A stretch of DNA of 64,000 nt from Fistulifera solaris (taxonomy: Eukaryota): assembly GCA_030295235.1 (NCBI GenBank), contig AP026143.1:558001-622000 (forward strand), in the 5' to 3' direction. Position 1 is the stretch's first letter. Every line of letters begins with the position of its first letter. Both the position numbers and the translations under genes were made by a program. The notes under the pieces are model-generated. The model was not told where the DNA came from and did not search any database. It worked only from the letters and a program-made list of their open reading frames with translations. Below are positions 48,814 through 61,952 of the stretch, in pieces.

Positions 48814-50244
48814 TTAATTATCCTCTGCTTCTCCATCACTCTCCTCTGAATGTTTCGATTGTTCCGTGTAGTACTCTTGAAGAAACAAATATTTGAGGAA
48901 GTTACCCTCCTTCGCTTCTTCTTCAATGACGTGCTTCATGACCACATTGTCTTTGAAGTCCTTCCATCGCTGGTAGGCTGGTTCCTCTGGTCTCGTCCAA
49001 TCCATATCATCCAGATCGGGATTTTCTTGTTTCCGTCGATTGTATCCCGTGTAATAACTCATATCTAAGTACAATCCTTGTGCTGGTGCGACATCCACTT
49101 TGATACGACATTCTTTCGTGAGTGCCTGACGGAGTGTTTCCAAGGAACTGGCACCCCGTGTGACTTGCATGGCCATGGATACCATTTTTCGAATTTGGTG
49201 CAACAAGAAGGATTGTCCCAATACTTGTGTCGGAATCCATTCGACGCCATGGTGCAGCACCGGTTCGTCCGCGGTAAAGGACAGAATGTAACGAGTCGCC
49301 CGTGCTTCCGTCGGTGGTACACCCTTGGTAAAATTATGAAACGAATGCGTCCCTTCGTAACTGGCTAGACATTCTTTTAACAGATTCAGTTGCTCTGGTG
49401 TGACACGATATGATTGCAAGGCTTCCTGCAATTGCGCGATTTCGTCCCGCGTCAATGGATTGTTGGGCGGTCGCGGTTCCTTGTGGGCCATCAGCTGCTG
49501 CAGCAATGGCTTCACTTGTGGCGAAAAGACCAGGGACGGAATCATGTACTGATAGCGGACTTGGTCACGTTGTGTATGCGCACAAAAGTTGCGCGTTGCT
49601 CGGACAATATCCAAAACACGAAAATCACTCGGCAAGACGGCATTTAACTCCTGGAGAACTTGCTCCAGTGTCTGCTCCGGCAATAATTCAATTTTGGCCG
49701 AACACACTTGCGCACACGCATGTACCCCTTTATCGGTTCGTCCTGAAATACTCCATCCGTATTTGTGAGGAAATCCAAAATTCCGGGGATCCAACAACCG
49801 ACATTTGTAAAGCGCCAATTCAAATTCGGCTTGCAAAGTCCGTTGTCCTTCATTGATTTGAAAACCGGAATACGCCGTTCCCAAATATCCCAACAAGAAC
49901 GCGACTTTCTTTTTCGCGGTGGCGGGTGGTGAATCGTTGCTATAAAAAGGCAAAGTAACGTTGAATAATTGACAAAACGCGGGATTGGCATACGATCCGG
50001 GATGCACAACTTTGCGGAAGTCGTCCGATTGCCATGTATGATTGCGTTTCATGTTGTCATCGGCTTTCTTTCGTTTGTTTTTCTGTCGTGCTTCCTTCTT
50101 GCCGCCGTCACGTTTCTTCGGAGGAGCCGTCGACATGTTTCGAAACGTCGAGAAAGTCGTGCGCGGCGATTGCTGAAGCAGTAGTGTCTTCGGGATCTTG
50201 AATACTAGTACTGACAAGTTTTGTCGACAGGAACGAGAAAACAT
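48814..50244 (-). CDS. PUS1: tRNA pseudouridine synthase, TruA/Pus1 family
   Basis: GYLGTAYSGFQ, GRTDKGVHA, GTHSFHNFT, GQSFLLHQIRKMV, APAQGL. Confidence 0.92.
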   Translation of the reverse strand: MFSRSCRQNLSVLVFKIPKTLLLQQSPRTTFSTFRNMSTAPPKKRDGGKKEARQKNKRKKADDNMKRNHTWQSDDFRKVVHPGSYANPAFCQLFNVTLPFYSNDSPPATAKKKVAFLLGYLGTAYSGFQINEGQRTLQAEFELALYKCRLLDPRNFGFPHKYGWSISGRTDKGVHACAQVCSAKIELLPEQTLEQVLQELNAVLPSDFRVLDIVRATRNFCAHTQRDQVRYQYMIPSLVFSPQVKPLLQQLMAHKEPRPPNNPLTRDEIAQLQEALQSYRVTPEQLNLLKECLASYEGTHSFHNFTKGVPPTEARATRYILSFTADEPVLHHGVEWIPTQVLGQSFLLHQIRKMVSMAMQVTRGASSLETLRQALTKECRIKVDVAPAQGLYLDMSYYTGYNRRKQENPDLDDMDWTRPEEPAYQRWKDFKDNVVMKHVIEEEAKEGNFLKYLFLQEYYTEQSKHSEESDGEAEDN

Positions 50245-50454
50245 TCGAAGAAATAGTTCAACAACAACAAAGGATCGGATCGATCTTTTCTTGGTGTGAA
50301 AGAAAAAATGTGTGGTCGAAAGATGCAAAAATTTTATGTGTTTCTCTACAAAGTATGTCTCTCTGTTACTAGCTACTGCATTACAAATTACAACAAGAAG
50401 TACTATAAAAAGAAAGTAGTCTCACGCGGTTATGGAAAGATGTCAACCGCATGA

Positions 50455-51931
<1,477 letters not shown>

Positions 51932-52244
51932 AATATGCGAAAGTGCAGAGGAAGGCTGCGTGTAGCAGGATATTATTTCAAAAACGCGTTAAAAGTTAAG
52001 AATATAATATACATGCGCAGTGAGAGTGCCTTAGGCAGGTAACCGTTCGTGACTGAAGCATCATTTAATCCCGTACTTGGTTAAATACTCAGTAAGCGAT
52101 AGTAAGGAGCAAAGAGGCTCTTATTATGTACCTCGTGTATACCGTAGAGACACGAAAAATGGCGGCATTTTTTTCGTCGCCTCGGCCGCATTTTTTTTGG
52201 CTTCAGCTTCGCATGCGATCTGCTTTCATTACCTTCCTGCGAAC

Positions 52245-53783
52245 ATGACCAGTAATAATCAAGACGAAAGCCCTTTATTCGAAGTCATTCCTCCTTATGA
52301 ATGCACTCCCGAGCAAGAGGCTCTCTGGGGGGAACGCGGGAAGGAAGCTTTTACCTTCAAACTGCTTCGAGAACCGTCTACATTGAAAGAATTGATCAAC
52401 TATGGCAATTGCATTGCGATTTGGCACGAAGAGCATAAGACGATGACATATGTAGCGCGATATTTTGGTGTCAGAGACCCCTTAGATGTACAAGTTCTGG
52501 ATATAAGCTTCGGTTACGCAAACGATGCTCATTTGGAATTCAAAATTGTCGGGAGAACGGAGGCGGCAGTTGCAGAAACAGCAGCGTTCTGGATCGGTTG
52601 TGAGAAAGCGGAGGAGGGCAGCGAAGACATCAAGCTTTATGGTAGTAGCGGTCACTTCGATTTTCGCAATGCTGGGTCTCATTGCTTTGTAAATATGCTG
52701 CAGATTCGCCCGTTGCGCGAGGTTGTGTTTCACCGTATGATGTTCAGTGCGGAGCAGGCTCATGTTCTCGCAACAAGGCCTTATGCAAGCAATTTGAATT
52801 TCTGGGATTGTACGTTCGAGGACGAGGGTACAGCCTTTGTAGATGGCATTCAAAGCCGTCAATCGCCGCTTGGATGCTTAGCCTTAGAATCATTTAGCAA
52901 CGTTGGAGGGCAATTCTTCAACTACGAAAATATGAGGCGATTTTGTCAAAGTTGCATGATGGAAGAGTTACTGGTCTCATCGCTGAAGGAAGAATGGGCT
53001 CTGCTACCCTTTTCTGCCAAAGCGGAAAGTCTTTTCTATATTTCGCTTTCCTCAACGTCTCTGATGGGAAATGATTTGCAATCGTTGAACATTGCGACTC
53101 CGAAGCTTAATTTGATTATAGAGCACGATGATTCGACTGTTCCGACGGAGCTGTTGACAGCTTTTCGGCGTCGTGTGGCGACATTGGGACACTTTGTGGA
53201 ATTGAGAGTTACCTGGGAGTCAAACGTTGACTCCTTTGATGTACCTGAATGTGTAATTCACGAAATTATCCAGGCAGCGCTTGCAAATCGAGATCTGAGA
53301 GTTCTTGATTTCACCGAAGATGATTTGAACATGAATCCGCACGTAGGAACTTTACTTGAAGGTCTAAAAGATCACAACAAACTCTCTACCATTAAAATGA
53401 ATGTCGACGTTGAATCGTTCGGCCACGATTATTCGCATATTCGAAAACTGATCTCACACAACAAAAACATTGTGGTAACCAGCATCCATGACTATATCTA
53501 TACAGATGGTTCAACAATTGATGACCTCTATTCGATCAATCGATTTTACCGGGGCTCTGCGGATTTGCCGTTAACGCTGCGGCCCTCTCTGGTAGCGACA
53601 GCTTTGACGGAAATAGCCTCAAACGACTTTCGGCGATCTGCTCTTCTGTTATCACAACACGTTGATGTCCTGCATGAGCTTGTTCTTTTCGCAAAGTTTG
53701 AAGAGCGTCTTAAAGACAGTGCATGTTCGCGACTGAAACGTACCATTCGAAATCAACCTAGTCGAGCTGCGAAAAAGCGCTAA
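52245..53783 (+). CDS. Unknown ~510-aa tandem family, paralogue 1 (possibly degenerate RNI-like LRR solenoid)
   Basis: Shared blocks PLLE.IP, KLLREP, AVAETA, LGHFVEL, GLKDH, LYSINRFYRGS, DFRRSALLL. Confidence 0.85.
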   Translation: MTSNNQDESPLFEVIPPYECTPEQEALWGERGKEAFTFKLLREPSTLKELINYGNCIAIWHEEHKTMTYVARYFGVRDPLDVQVLDISFGYANDAHLEFKIVGRTEAAVAETAAFWIGCEKAEEGSEDIKLYGSSGHFDFRNAGSHCFVNMLQIRPLREVVFHRMMFSAEQAHVLATRPYASNLNFWDCTFEDEGTAFVDGIQSRQSPLGCLALESFSNVGGQFFNYENMRRFCQSCMMEELLVSSLKEEWALLPFSAKAESLFYISLSSTSLMGNDLQSLNIATPKLNLIIEHDDSTVPTELLTAFRRRVATLGHFVELRVTWESNVDSFDVPECVIHEIIQAALANRDLRVLDFTEDDLNMNPHVGTLLEGLKDHNKLSTIKMNVDVESFGHDYSHIRKLISHNKNIVVTSIHDYIYTDGSTIDDLYSINRFYRGSADLPLTLRPSLVATALTEIASNDFRRSALLLSQHVDVLHELVLFAKFEERLKDSACSRLKRTIRNQPSRAAKKR

Positions 53784-54132
53784 AATGCGACAGCTGGCTC
53801 TCCTCTTAGATATAATTCTACTTCATTGGTATCATGAGCCGCACAGGCTTCGCGGGTTTGTTTGATTGAGACGATTATCCAGTCGTGAAAAAGTGCGATA
53901 AACAACATGATCAATACATCGTTATTAGCTACATAATCATAAATGCTGCACTTGAAGTTCTTTTTGAATCGAAGCAACGAAGAACAAGACGTGAATTGTC
54001 AACCATTAAGGGATTGCATAACAACGGCTTTGCTGAATACTCGTAACCTTAGCTGTATTTTGCATAACAACCATCAACTAAGGACGTACAAGTATAAAAA
54101 TGTACGTCCTTACCATCAACAACAATAGAATC

Positions 54133-54609
54133 CATGACTGAAATGCAGTCGTGGTGCTGTGTCCGTAAACCAACACTTTGGCCCATAGTGATTGCGAAAG
54201 ACTGTATTCCAGAATGATTTTAGCATCATCATAAGATAGCTGTGCGTTGCGCATGCTATCGAAATCAGTTGTATCGAAAGAGCGTCCAATGAATTTCATT
54301 ACATTTGCAAAAGATCATTGATGCTAGAAACAATGATAGAGATCATGACTGAAATGCAGTTGCGAGTTGCGAGTGTCTCGAACCAACACTTTGACCTATA
54401 GTGATTGCGAAAGTCTGTACTCCAAATTGATTTTAGCATCATCATGAGATAGCTGTGCGTTGCGCATGCTATCGAAGTCAGTTGTATCGAAAGAGCGTCC
54501 AATGAAGTTCATTGCATTTGCAAAAAGATCATTGATGCTAGAAACAATGACAGAGATAATGTCTAAAATGCAGTCGCGGGTGTCTTGAACAAACACTTTG
54601 GACCATAGT
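54133..54609. repeat. Tandem repeat, ~212-bp unit, about 2.3 copies
   Basis: CATGACTGAAATGCAGT at 54133 and 54344; partial third copy near 54558. Confidence 0.9.
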
Positions 54610-54747
54610 AAAATGTTTGATGCACGATGCGACGACGCAAAAATCGCGACAATATCGCATTTATTTATGCATTTTATTCAAGCTCGCTGCTGTATCGTTT
54701 TAGTAAATCAGGTCGCCTTTCCTTGCATTCTTTTCTACAGTACGACC

Positions 54748-56316
54748 ATGTCAACTAATACTCAAGACGCCAGCCCGTTACTCGAAGTCATACCAGCGGA
54801 TCTTTGCACGCCGGAGCAAGTCGCTCGTTGGGAGGAAGATTGGATAACATCGCCCACGTTTATACTGCGCCGGAAACCGTCCGCTTTGGAGGAGCTGAAA
54901 AAATATGGAGACTATTTTGCAGTTTGGCGCGAAAATGACACTATGACATACGTAACGCAGTTCCCATATCACCGTAGAAGCCCATCTGATGCGGAGCAGC
55001 GAATTTTGTCCTTCAAGTGCTGTTACGAGGGATACAAAAGATTGGAATTCAGGATTGTCGGGAGAAGAGAGGTGGCAGTTGCCGAAACGGCAGCGTTCTG
55101 GATCTGTCTTGAGAAAGCAGAGGAGGTCAGCGAGCATGTGTTCCTTAGTACTGGCGGCGGTTATTTCGATTTTCGCAGCGTTGGGTCTCAGTGCTTGCTG
55201 CATATGCTTCAGCTATGTCCCACGCGTGGGATTGATCTCCATGAGCTGCTGCTCAGTGCAGAACAAGCCACAGATCTAGTGACAAGACCTTATCAAACCA
55301 ATCTTAACTTCTGGAGCTGTATGTTTGAGGATGGGGGCGCAGCCTTGGTCGCTGGTATTCAGAATCGACAATCGCCGCTTGGTTCATTGGCCCTGGAAAC
55401 GTTCTATAGGGACGGGCGAACTGGTTTATCCGACGAAAATCTAAAGCTCCTTTGTCAAATCGACAACATAGGGGAATTAACCGTTTCATCACCGAAAGAG
55501 GAATTCGCGCTTTTTCCTCTTTCTGCAAAAGTCGAGAGCCTGACCTACATTTCTATCTCCTCTTCATCGCTACTGACAGCAGATTTGCAGTCCTTGAACA
55601 TAGCAACAAGCAAGCTCTGTTTATTCATAAACCACGACGATTTCACTGTTCCCACTGAGCTAATCCTTTCCTTCTGGCGGCGTGTGGCAACGTTGGGTCA
55701 CTTTGTGGAGCTGAGTGTTATCTGGCAACTTCCCAGCAATACCCTTTTTGAGGTACCCGTGAATATTATTCACGAAATAACCCAAGCAGCTCTTGCAAAC
55801 CGGAACCTGAGACTTCTTGATTTCACCGACGACAATTTAAATATGAACCCGCATATAGGATCACTGCTCGAAGGTCTAAAGGATCATCAGGAACTCTCGA
55901 CCATTAAAGTGAATGTCGACGATGAATCGTTCGGTCCAGATTATTCTCATCTCCGAAAGTTGATCTCGCACAACAGAAACATCACCGTAACTTGCAGCAG
56001 CAATCATGTATATACGGATGGCTCCACAATCGATGACCTCTATTCGATAAATCGTTTCTACCGGGGCTCTGCGGATTTACTCCTAAAGTCATCGACTTTC
56101 CGAGCATCACTGGTGGCGACGGCCTTGACTGAAATAGCTTCGAACGACTTTCGTCGATCTGGTCTCTTGCTGTCAGATCATGTTGATGTCCTGCATGAAT
56201 TTATTCTTTTCGCAGAGTTCGAAGAGCGTCTTGGGAACAAGAAATCTTCGCGACTGAAACGGATCATTCGAGTTCAGCCTAGTCGAGCTGTGAAAAAGGC
56301 ATCGAAGTATTATTGA
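54748..56316 (+). CDS. Unknown tandem family, paralogue 2
   Basis: Intact ORF with the same conserved blocks. Confidence 0.85.
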   Translation: MSTNTQDASPLLEVIPADLCTPEQVARWEEDWITSPTFILRRKPSALEELKKYGDYFAVWRENDTMTYVTQFPYHRRSPSDAEQRILSFKCCYEGYKRLEFRIVGRREVAVAETAAFWICLEKAEEVSEHVFLSTGGGYFDFRSVGSQCLLHMLQLCPTRGIDLHELLLSAEQATDLVTRPYQTNLNFWSCMFEDGGAALVAGIQNRQSPLGSLALETFYRDGRTGLSDENLKLLCQIDNIGELTVSSPKEEFALFPLSAKVESLTYISISSSSLLTADLQSLNIATSKLCLFINHDDFTVPTELILSFWRRVATLGHFVELSVIWQLPSNTLFEVPVNIIHEITQAALANRNLRLLDFTDDNLNMNPHIGSLLEGLKDHQELSTIKVNVDDESFGPDYSHLRKLISHNRNITVTCSSNHVYTDGSTIDDLYSINRFYRGSADLLLKSSTFRASLVATALTEIASNDFRRSGLLLSDHVDVLHEFILFAEFEERLGNKKSSRLKRIIRVQPSRAVKKASKYY

Positions 56317-56702
56317 AAACGAATACAGCTGGGCTCTTGGAACTTTAGATACTTGTATAACTCTGGAATATATTCATGTATTTTCGATTTACGCACAAGG
56401 TGAACTGTGCCAGTACGTGCTAATTATATAGTGTGCATTACAATTTATGACTGAGAGAAAATTCCGTCGTGAAGACATGGTGAAGGAGTATGCGCTGTAG
56501 TAGATACTTTGAAACTTAAACCATAGCTTGGTACCATAGCGACACGCTTGAAGGGATGAGCGCGGCGGCGCACCGCATTCTCATTATATTTCGATCATTC
56601 ATTCGTCATTAACAGGTATACTATACCTGGTATCCGTATAACATGTAAACGTCGTCATCGTTTGATTAAAGTTCTTAAAGAGATCAATCCTTCAGCACGA
56701 GC

Positions 56703-58256
56703 ATGTCAAGCGACAGAGAAAATGACAGCCCCTTACTTGAGCTAATACCGGCTGATCGTTGCAAGTCCCAGCAGGTAGCTCGCTGGACAGAATTTGGTCC
56801 CTCCCCGTATAAACTCCTCCGAGAGCCGAAAACGATGAAGGAATGGATCAATTACGGAAACTATCTTGGTATTGACCACGCAAATGGTACCATGTCGTAC
56901 TTGACGCGCTGTTCGTACGACCGCAGAAACCCTCTAGATGCGACACAAAGCATTCTATCATTGAGTATTCATTACGCAAGAGGCGAGATGGTGCAATTCA
57001 CCATTGTCGGCAGTACAGATAATGCAGTTGCAGAAACTGCAACATTTTGGATCACTGCTGAAAAATTACCGGACGGAAGCCACGATCTGTGTGTTTGTGG
57101 CAGAGGCGGATTTATCGGTTTTCGTGGGGCTCAAGCTCCGTGTTTGAAGCACCTGCTTCAAGTTGCCCCATCGAGGTGGGTGGAGTTCCGCAATTTGGTG
57201 TTCAATGCAGAGCAGGCAGTTACCTTGGCAACACGACCCGATCAAATAAAACTATCTTTTATGGACTGCATGTTCGAAGATGGGGGAACAGCTTTCGTCA
57301 CTGCCCTTCAGGAACGTCAATCACCGTTCGGCTTATTATCTTTTGATTCGCTTACCACTGAAGGCAAGAACTCATTAAGTGACGACAATATGAAGCTTCT
57401 TTTCCAAGTCGGCACAATAAACGAGTTACTTCTTTCACGATTGCATGGAGAACTTGCACTTCTTGCCTTTTCTGCAAAGGTGGACCACCTTGATTATACC
57501 GCTTCGTCGGCGTCGCTGCTTTCAGCAGATTTGCAGTCAGTGAACATGGCAGCAAAAAAGCTCACTGTACATATAACAAATTCTGATGAAAGCTTTTTAA
57601 CGGAAGCTTTGGTTGCCTTTTGGCGACGTGTGGCAGCGGTGGGTCACTTTGTGGAGCTGAAAATCACATGGGCGTCGGACTCTTTGGATGTACCCGAACG
57701 CGTCATACACGAAATAATCCATGCCACGCGTAACAATCCAGATCTGAAAATCCTGGCATTCGGTGAAGATGAGCTAAATTTTGAACCGCACATGGAGATT
57801 TTACTCGAAGGTCTAAAAGACCACAAAAACCTTTCCACCTTCATCATTGATGTATACAGCGAATCACTCGGCCCCGATTATTCACATCTTCGAAAGTTGA
57901 TCTCGCACAACAGAAACATTGTGGTAATCAATACCAGTGACACTATCTATACAGATGGTTCGACAATTGATGACCTTTATTCGATCAATCGATTTTACCG
58001 GGGCTCTGCGGATCTGGTTATAAAACCATTAACACTACGTGCCTCTCTGGTAGCGACAGCTTTGACGGAAATAGCCTCAAACGATTTTCGGCGCTCTGCT
58101 CTTCTGTTATCACAACATGTTGATGCCTTGCATGAATTTGTTCTCTTCGCAGATTTGGAAGAGCGTCTTGGGGACAGTGCATGTTCGCGACCGAAACGGA
58201 CCATGCGAATTCAGCCTTGTCGAGCTACGAAAAGGGCACCGAAATTCTTGACATGA
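56703..58256 (+). CDS. Unknown tandem family, paralogue 3
   Basis: Intact 517-aa ORF with the same conserved blocks. Confidence 0.85.
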   Translation: MSSDRENDSPLLELIPADRCKSQQVARWTEFGPSPYKLLREPKTMKEWINYGNYLGIDHANGTMSYLTRCSYDRRNPLDATQSILSLSIHYARGEMVQFTIVGSTDNAVAETATFWITAEKLPDGSHDLCVCGRGGFIGFRGAQAPCLKHLLQVAPSRWVEFRNLVFNAEQAVTLATRPDQIKLSFMDCMFEDGGTAFVTALQERQSPFGLLSFDSLTTEGKNSLSDDNMKLLFQVGTINELLLSRLHGELALLAFSAKVDHLDYTASSASLLSADLQSVNMAAKKLTVHITNSDESFLTEALVAFWRRVAAVGHFVELKITWASDSLDVPERVIHEIIHATRNNPDLKILAFGEDELNFEPHMEILLEGLKDHKNLSTFIIDVYSESLGPDYSHLRKLISHNRNIVVINTSDTIYTDGSTIDDLYSINRFYRGSADLVIKPLTLRASLVATALTEIASNDFRRSALLLSQHVDALHEFVLFADLEERLGDSACSRPKRTMRIQPCRATKRAPKFLT

Positions 58257-58374
58257 AAGAACAATAGCTCAGCTTTCCAGGTGGGTAATCTTCTAGCTCG
58301 CGGTTTTTTCAATACAAATGGAGTTTTTACGAAGTACAGGTATTGGCTTTCATGACTTTTTTCTGGGAATCCAT

Positions 58375-59500
58375 CAGTCTGGACCAGATTAACTTGTCCA
58401 GAATTTCTGGAACGTCCACTTTCTTTCGTCATGATCAAAACACCGATTCCAGAATTTCTGGAGCGCCCAACGTTTTCCCTCATGATCCAAAACACCGATT
58501 CCAGAATTTCTGGAACGTGCACAGCAATCCGGTAGGATAAAAAAACTGGTCCAGAATTTGTTGACCGTGCCCAGGATCACCACAGAATGTCTGTACCATC
58601 AGAAATAACTTGCTCAGATTTTCTGGAACGTGCACTTTCTTTCGTCATGATCATAACACCGATTCCAGAATTTCTGGGACACCGAACTCTCTTTCGTCAT
58701 GATCCAAAACACCGATTCCAGAATTTCTGGAACACCCAACTTTCGTTCGCTATGTTCCAAAACACCAATTCCATATGTTCTGGAACGTGCACATCATTTC
58801 GGTAGGATCGAAAAAACTGGTCCAGAATTTCTGGATCTGCACAAAATTTCTGTATGATCAGAAATAAATTGTCCAGATTTTCTGGAACGTGCACTCTCTT
58901 TTCTCTTTCGTCATGATCAAAACACCGATTTCAGAATTTCTGGAACGTGCGCAGCATTTCGGTAGGATCGAAAAACTGGTCCAAAATTTCTGGACCTCCA
59001 CAGAATTTCTGAATAACCAGAAATAAACTTGTCCAGATTTTCTGGAACACCCAACTTTCTTTCGTCATGATTCAAAACACCGATTCCAGAATTTCTGGAA
59101 CGCCCACTTTCGTTCGGTATGATCCTAAACACTTTGTCCAGATTTTCTGGAATGTGCACATCATCTCTGTAGGATCGTCCAGAATTTCTGGACCTCCACA
59201 GAATTTCTGTATGATTAAATAACGTCTCCAGATTTTCTGGAACGTGGGCTTTCTTTCGTCAGGATCAAAACACCGATTCCAGAATTTCTGGAGCGTGCAC
59301 TTTCTTTCGTCATGATTCAAAACACCGATTTCAGAATTTCTGGAACGTGCACAGCATTTCGGTAAGATCGAAAAAACTGGTCCAGAATTTCTGTAACTCC
59401 ACAGAATTTCTGTATGATTAGAATTAACTTGGAATATGCACTTTCTTTCGTCATGATCAAAGCACTGTTTCCAGAATTTTCGGAACTCCCACTTTCGTTC
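58375..59500 (-). repeat. Satellite array of ~50-bp heterogeneous units with a TTCCAGAATTTCTGGAA palindromic core
   Basis: Repeated TTCTTTCGTCATGATCAAAACACCGATTCCAGAATTTCTGGAACGTGCAC and alternating variant units. Confidence 0.92.
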
Positions 59501-59794
59501 GTTGTGATGCGAAATGCGAATGAATCACGCGATGGTTTTTTACTCATGATTGAATATCAGTCTTGGAAAAGTTACTTTACTGTTTGAATCGATAGTAGAT
59601 TTTGTGATGTATGGCCTTACCTGGTACATGTGAGCGGTAGTGCCGGTACCTGGCACTGTACGATCTATGTTTACCTTTATATGTCAGCTCGATCAGCCGG
59701 CACCTTATTGTTTATTTGTATTGCTTTTTATTTATTATTAAAATAAATCTTGAAACACTTCTTTTACGTTTTAGTTTCCTCTTTTCATTACAAA

Positions 59795-61265
59795 ATGTCA
59801 AGCGGAAGCGCGTATGCCGGTGCATTGTTGGAAGTTTTACCATGCCGTTTTCGGAAGCCCGAACAAGTACCTCGATGGCGGGATGGAGGAGAAGGGGTTA
59901 CGTACAAACTCCTTCGAGAACCGACGAGTTTGAGCGAACTGAACGACTACAAACACAATGTGGCTATTTGGCGAGACAATGACACTCTTACGTATGTAAG
60001 CCCTTCTGGCTTCTACGACTATCCGGTAGACACCGACAATTGTCTGTATCTTAATTTGGATACGTTTGGTCCGAAATTGTACATTACCGGTACAACCGAC
60101 GATGCAATTGCAGAAACGGCTGAATTTTTCCTATCTCTGGAGAATGAGCGAGGGGAAGATGGTATGCTTTTTTTACTATTTATGGGGGGAACATGCCCGT
60201 GACTTTCGCGCCGCTGGATCAAAATGCTTGGCGAAGCTATTCGAGGCAGCGCCGTTAAAGTCTGTGAATCTCAGGTGCCTGACGTTAAGTAAAAAGCAAT
60301 CCATTGTGATGGCGACAATACCTCATGCTACGGACCTGGTGTACAATAACTGCTTATTCGAAGATGTAGGTAGTACCTTTGTTGAGGCTCTTCAGACCCG
60401 CAAAGCACCGCTTGGTTCGTTGACATTTGCAAGAAGCTTAGCGGTGGATCATGAAAGTTTGCGCTCTCTGTTGACGTCTGTCAACAGCAAAACTAAAGCG
60501 TTGTGTTTACCTCTGCTGAAAAATGAACTTGCTCTTCTCCCCTTTGCTGCGAAAGTAGACCATCTCGCATATGAAATTTCTTCTTCATCGTTATCCGAAA
60601 CCCATGTTCATTCTCTGAATATTGCTACGAGCACACTGTCGCTCACAATACGCCACGAAGGCCAAACTTATCCAACGGATTCTGTGCTTAATTTCTATCG
60701 GCGGATTGCTGATTTAGGTCATTTCAAGGATCTTGAAGTCACGGTGAACAGCCCATCAGATGGGTATATGCCAGCATGCGTTGTCCAAGAAATCGTACGC
60801 GCCGCTCTTGCAAACTCTCATTTGGAACGTCTCGAGTTGGATACCACTAACGGTGATAACGAAGAGGTGGAATGGGACCCGCATGTATCGACACTTTTGC
60901 AGGGTCTCAAAGATCATCCAGGGCTTCGTTATTTAACTATTTGTGTTGAGGACCACGAAGAAGCTTTCGGTCCGGATTACTGTTATCTTCGAAAGTTCCT
61001 CTCGCACAACAGAAATATTACAGTTTTGGACCAATATTCAGATTCTTTTAAGCACCAATCAGAGATTGAGGAGCTTTACTCATTAAATCGCTTCTACATG
61101 GGATCCGCGAATCTACTGGTTGCGCCAACGTCAGAACGACTTTCTCTGGTAGTGAATGCGCTGTTAGAAAGAGCCTCAAACGACTTTCAACGCTCGTCTC
61201 TTCTTTTGTCGAATCATATTGATCTACTTTGTGAGCAAGTTGAATATGATTTGCGCGACGATTAA
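59795..61265 (+). CDS. Unknown tandem family, paralogue 4 (frameshift in T/G runs near 60170-60190)
   Basis: ORFs 59750-60202 and 60066-61265 together give the full family architecture. Confidence 0.75.
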
Positions 61266-61334
61266 AATAGCCCTTTAGTAGTAGCGAATCGCGGCAGCGA
61301 TCAAAAACACAGACAGGGGATTTAGTCAGTCCGT

Positions 61335-61506
61335 TCATTCTAATGCCGATTTATGATGGGATGAATCATTCGAACAGGCATCATTTGCTTCAGACTTCAA
61401 CCTGTCGAAGAGAGCGTCGCTCATTCTAATGCCGATTTATGATGGGATGAATCATTCGAACAGACATCATTTGCTTCAGACTTCAACCTGTCGAAGAGAG
61501 CGTCGC
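61335..61506. repeat. Near-perfect 86-bp direct tandem duplication
   Basis: TCATTCTAATGCCG...GAGAGCGTCGC at 61335 and 61421, one mismatch seen. Confidence 0.95.
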
Positions 61507-61952
61507 GATCATTAGCACCGGGAGGTACATCATTCTATTATCAAGGTATAAGTTGCACATGCTAGAGTGTTCACGCTCACATTCTTCCGTTTCGGAGTGT
61601 AATTTCACGACCCTTTTCAACATAAGTTTCTTCTTCGTTAGAATGAAGTACAACTGTAACCCATGCTTATCAATGCTAATCCAAGCGATCACTTCTTTGC
61701 GTGAGTCGAGAACGAAAGCCTCTCACAACGATGCAACATAGCTTAAGTTGACATAATAACAGAGGTCGATGTTTTCCGGGACTGCTACAATTGGGTCGGA
61801 AAATGCGTGTCCCGAACCTTATTATTTTTTTTGTTTGTTTTCGGGGTGCAATTTTGTCGTTGACGAAAAGAAGCAAAAAGAGCAATAAATTTTTGTCATT
61901 GAGAAAAGACATATTCATTCTTTATTGCTTCTTATTAGGGAATGTAACAGAC

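Noticed and set aside
58375..59500. Heat-shock element array
   Set aside because: TTCnnGAA half-sites occur, but the central GAA-TTC spacing is 1 nt rather than 2, so there is no continuous canonical HSE
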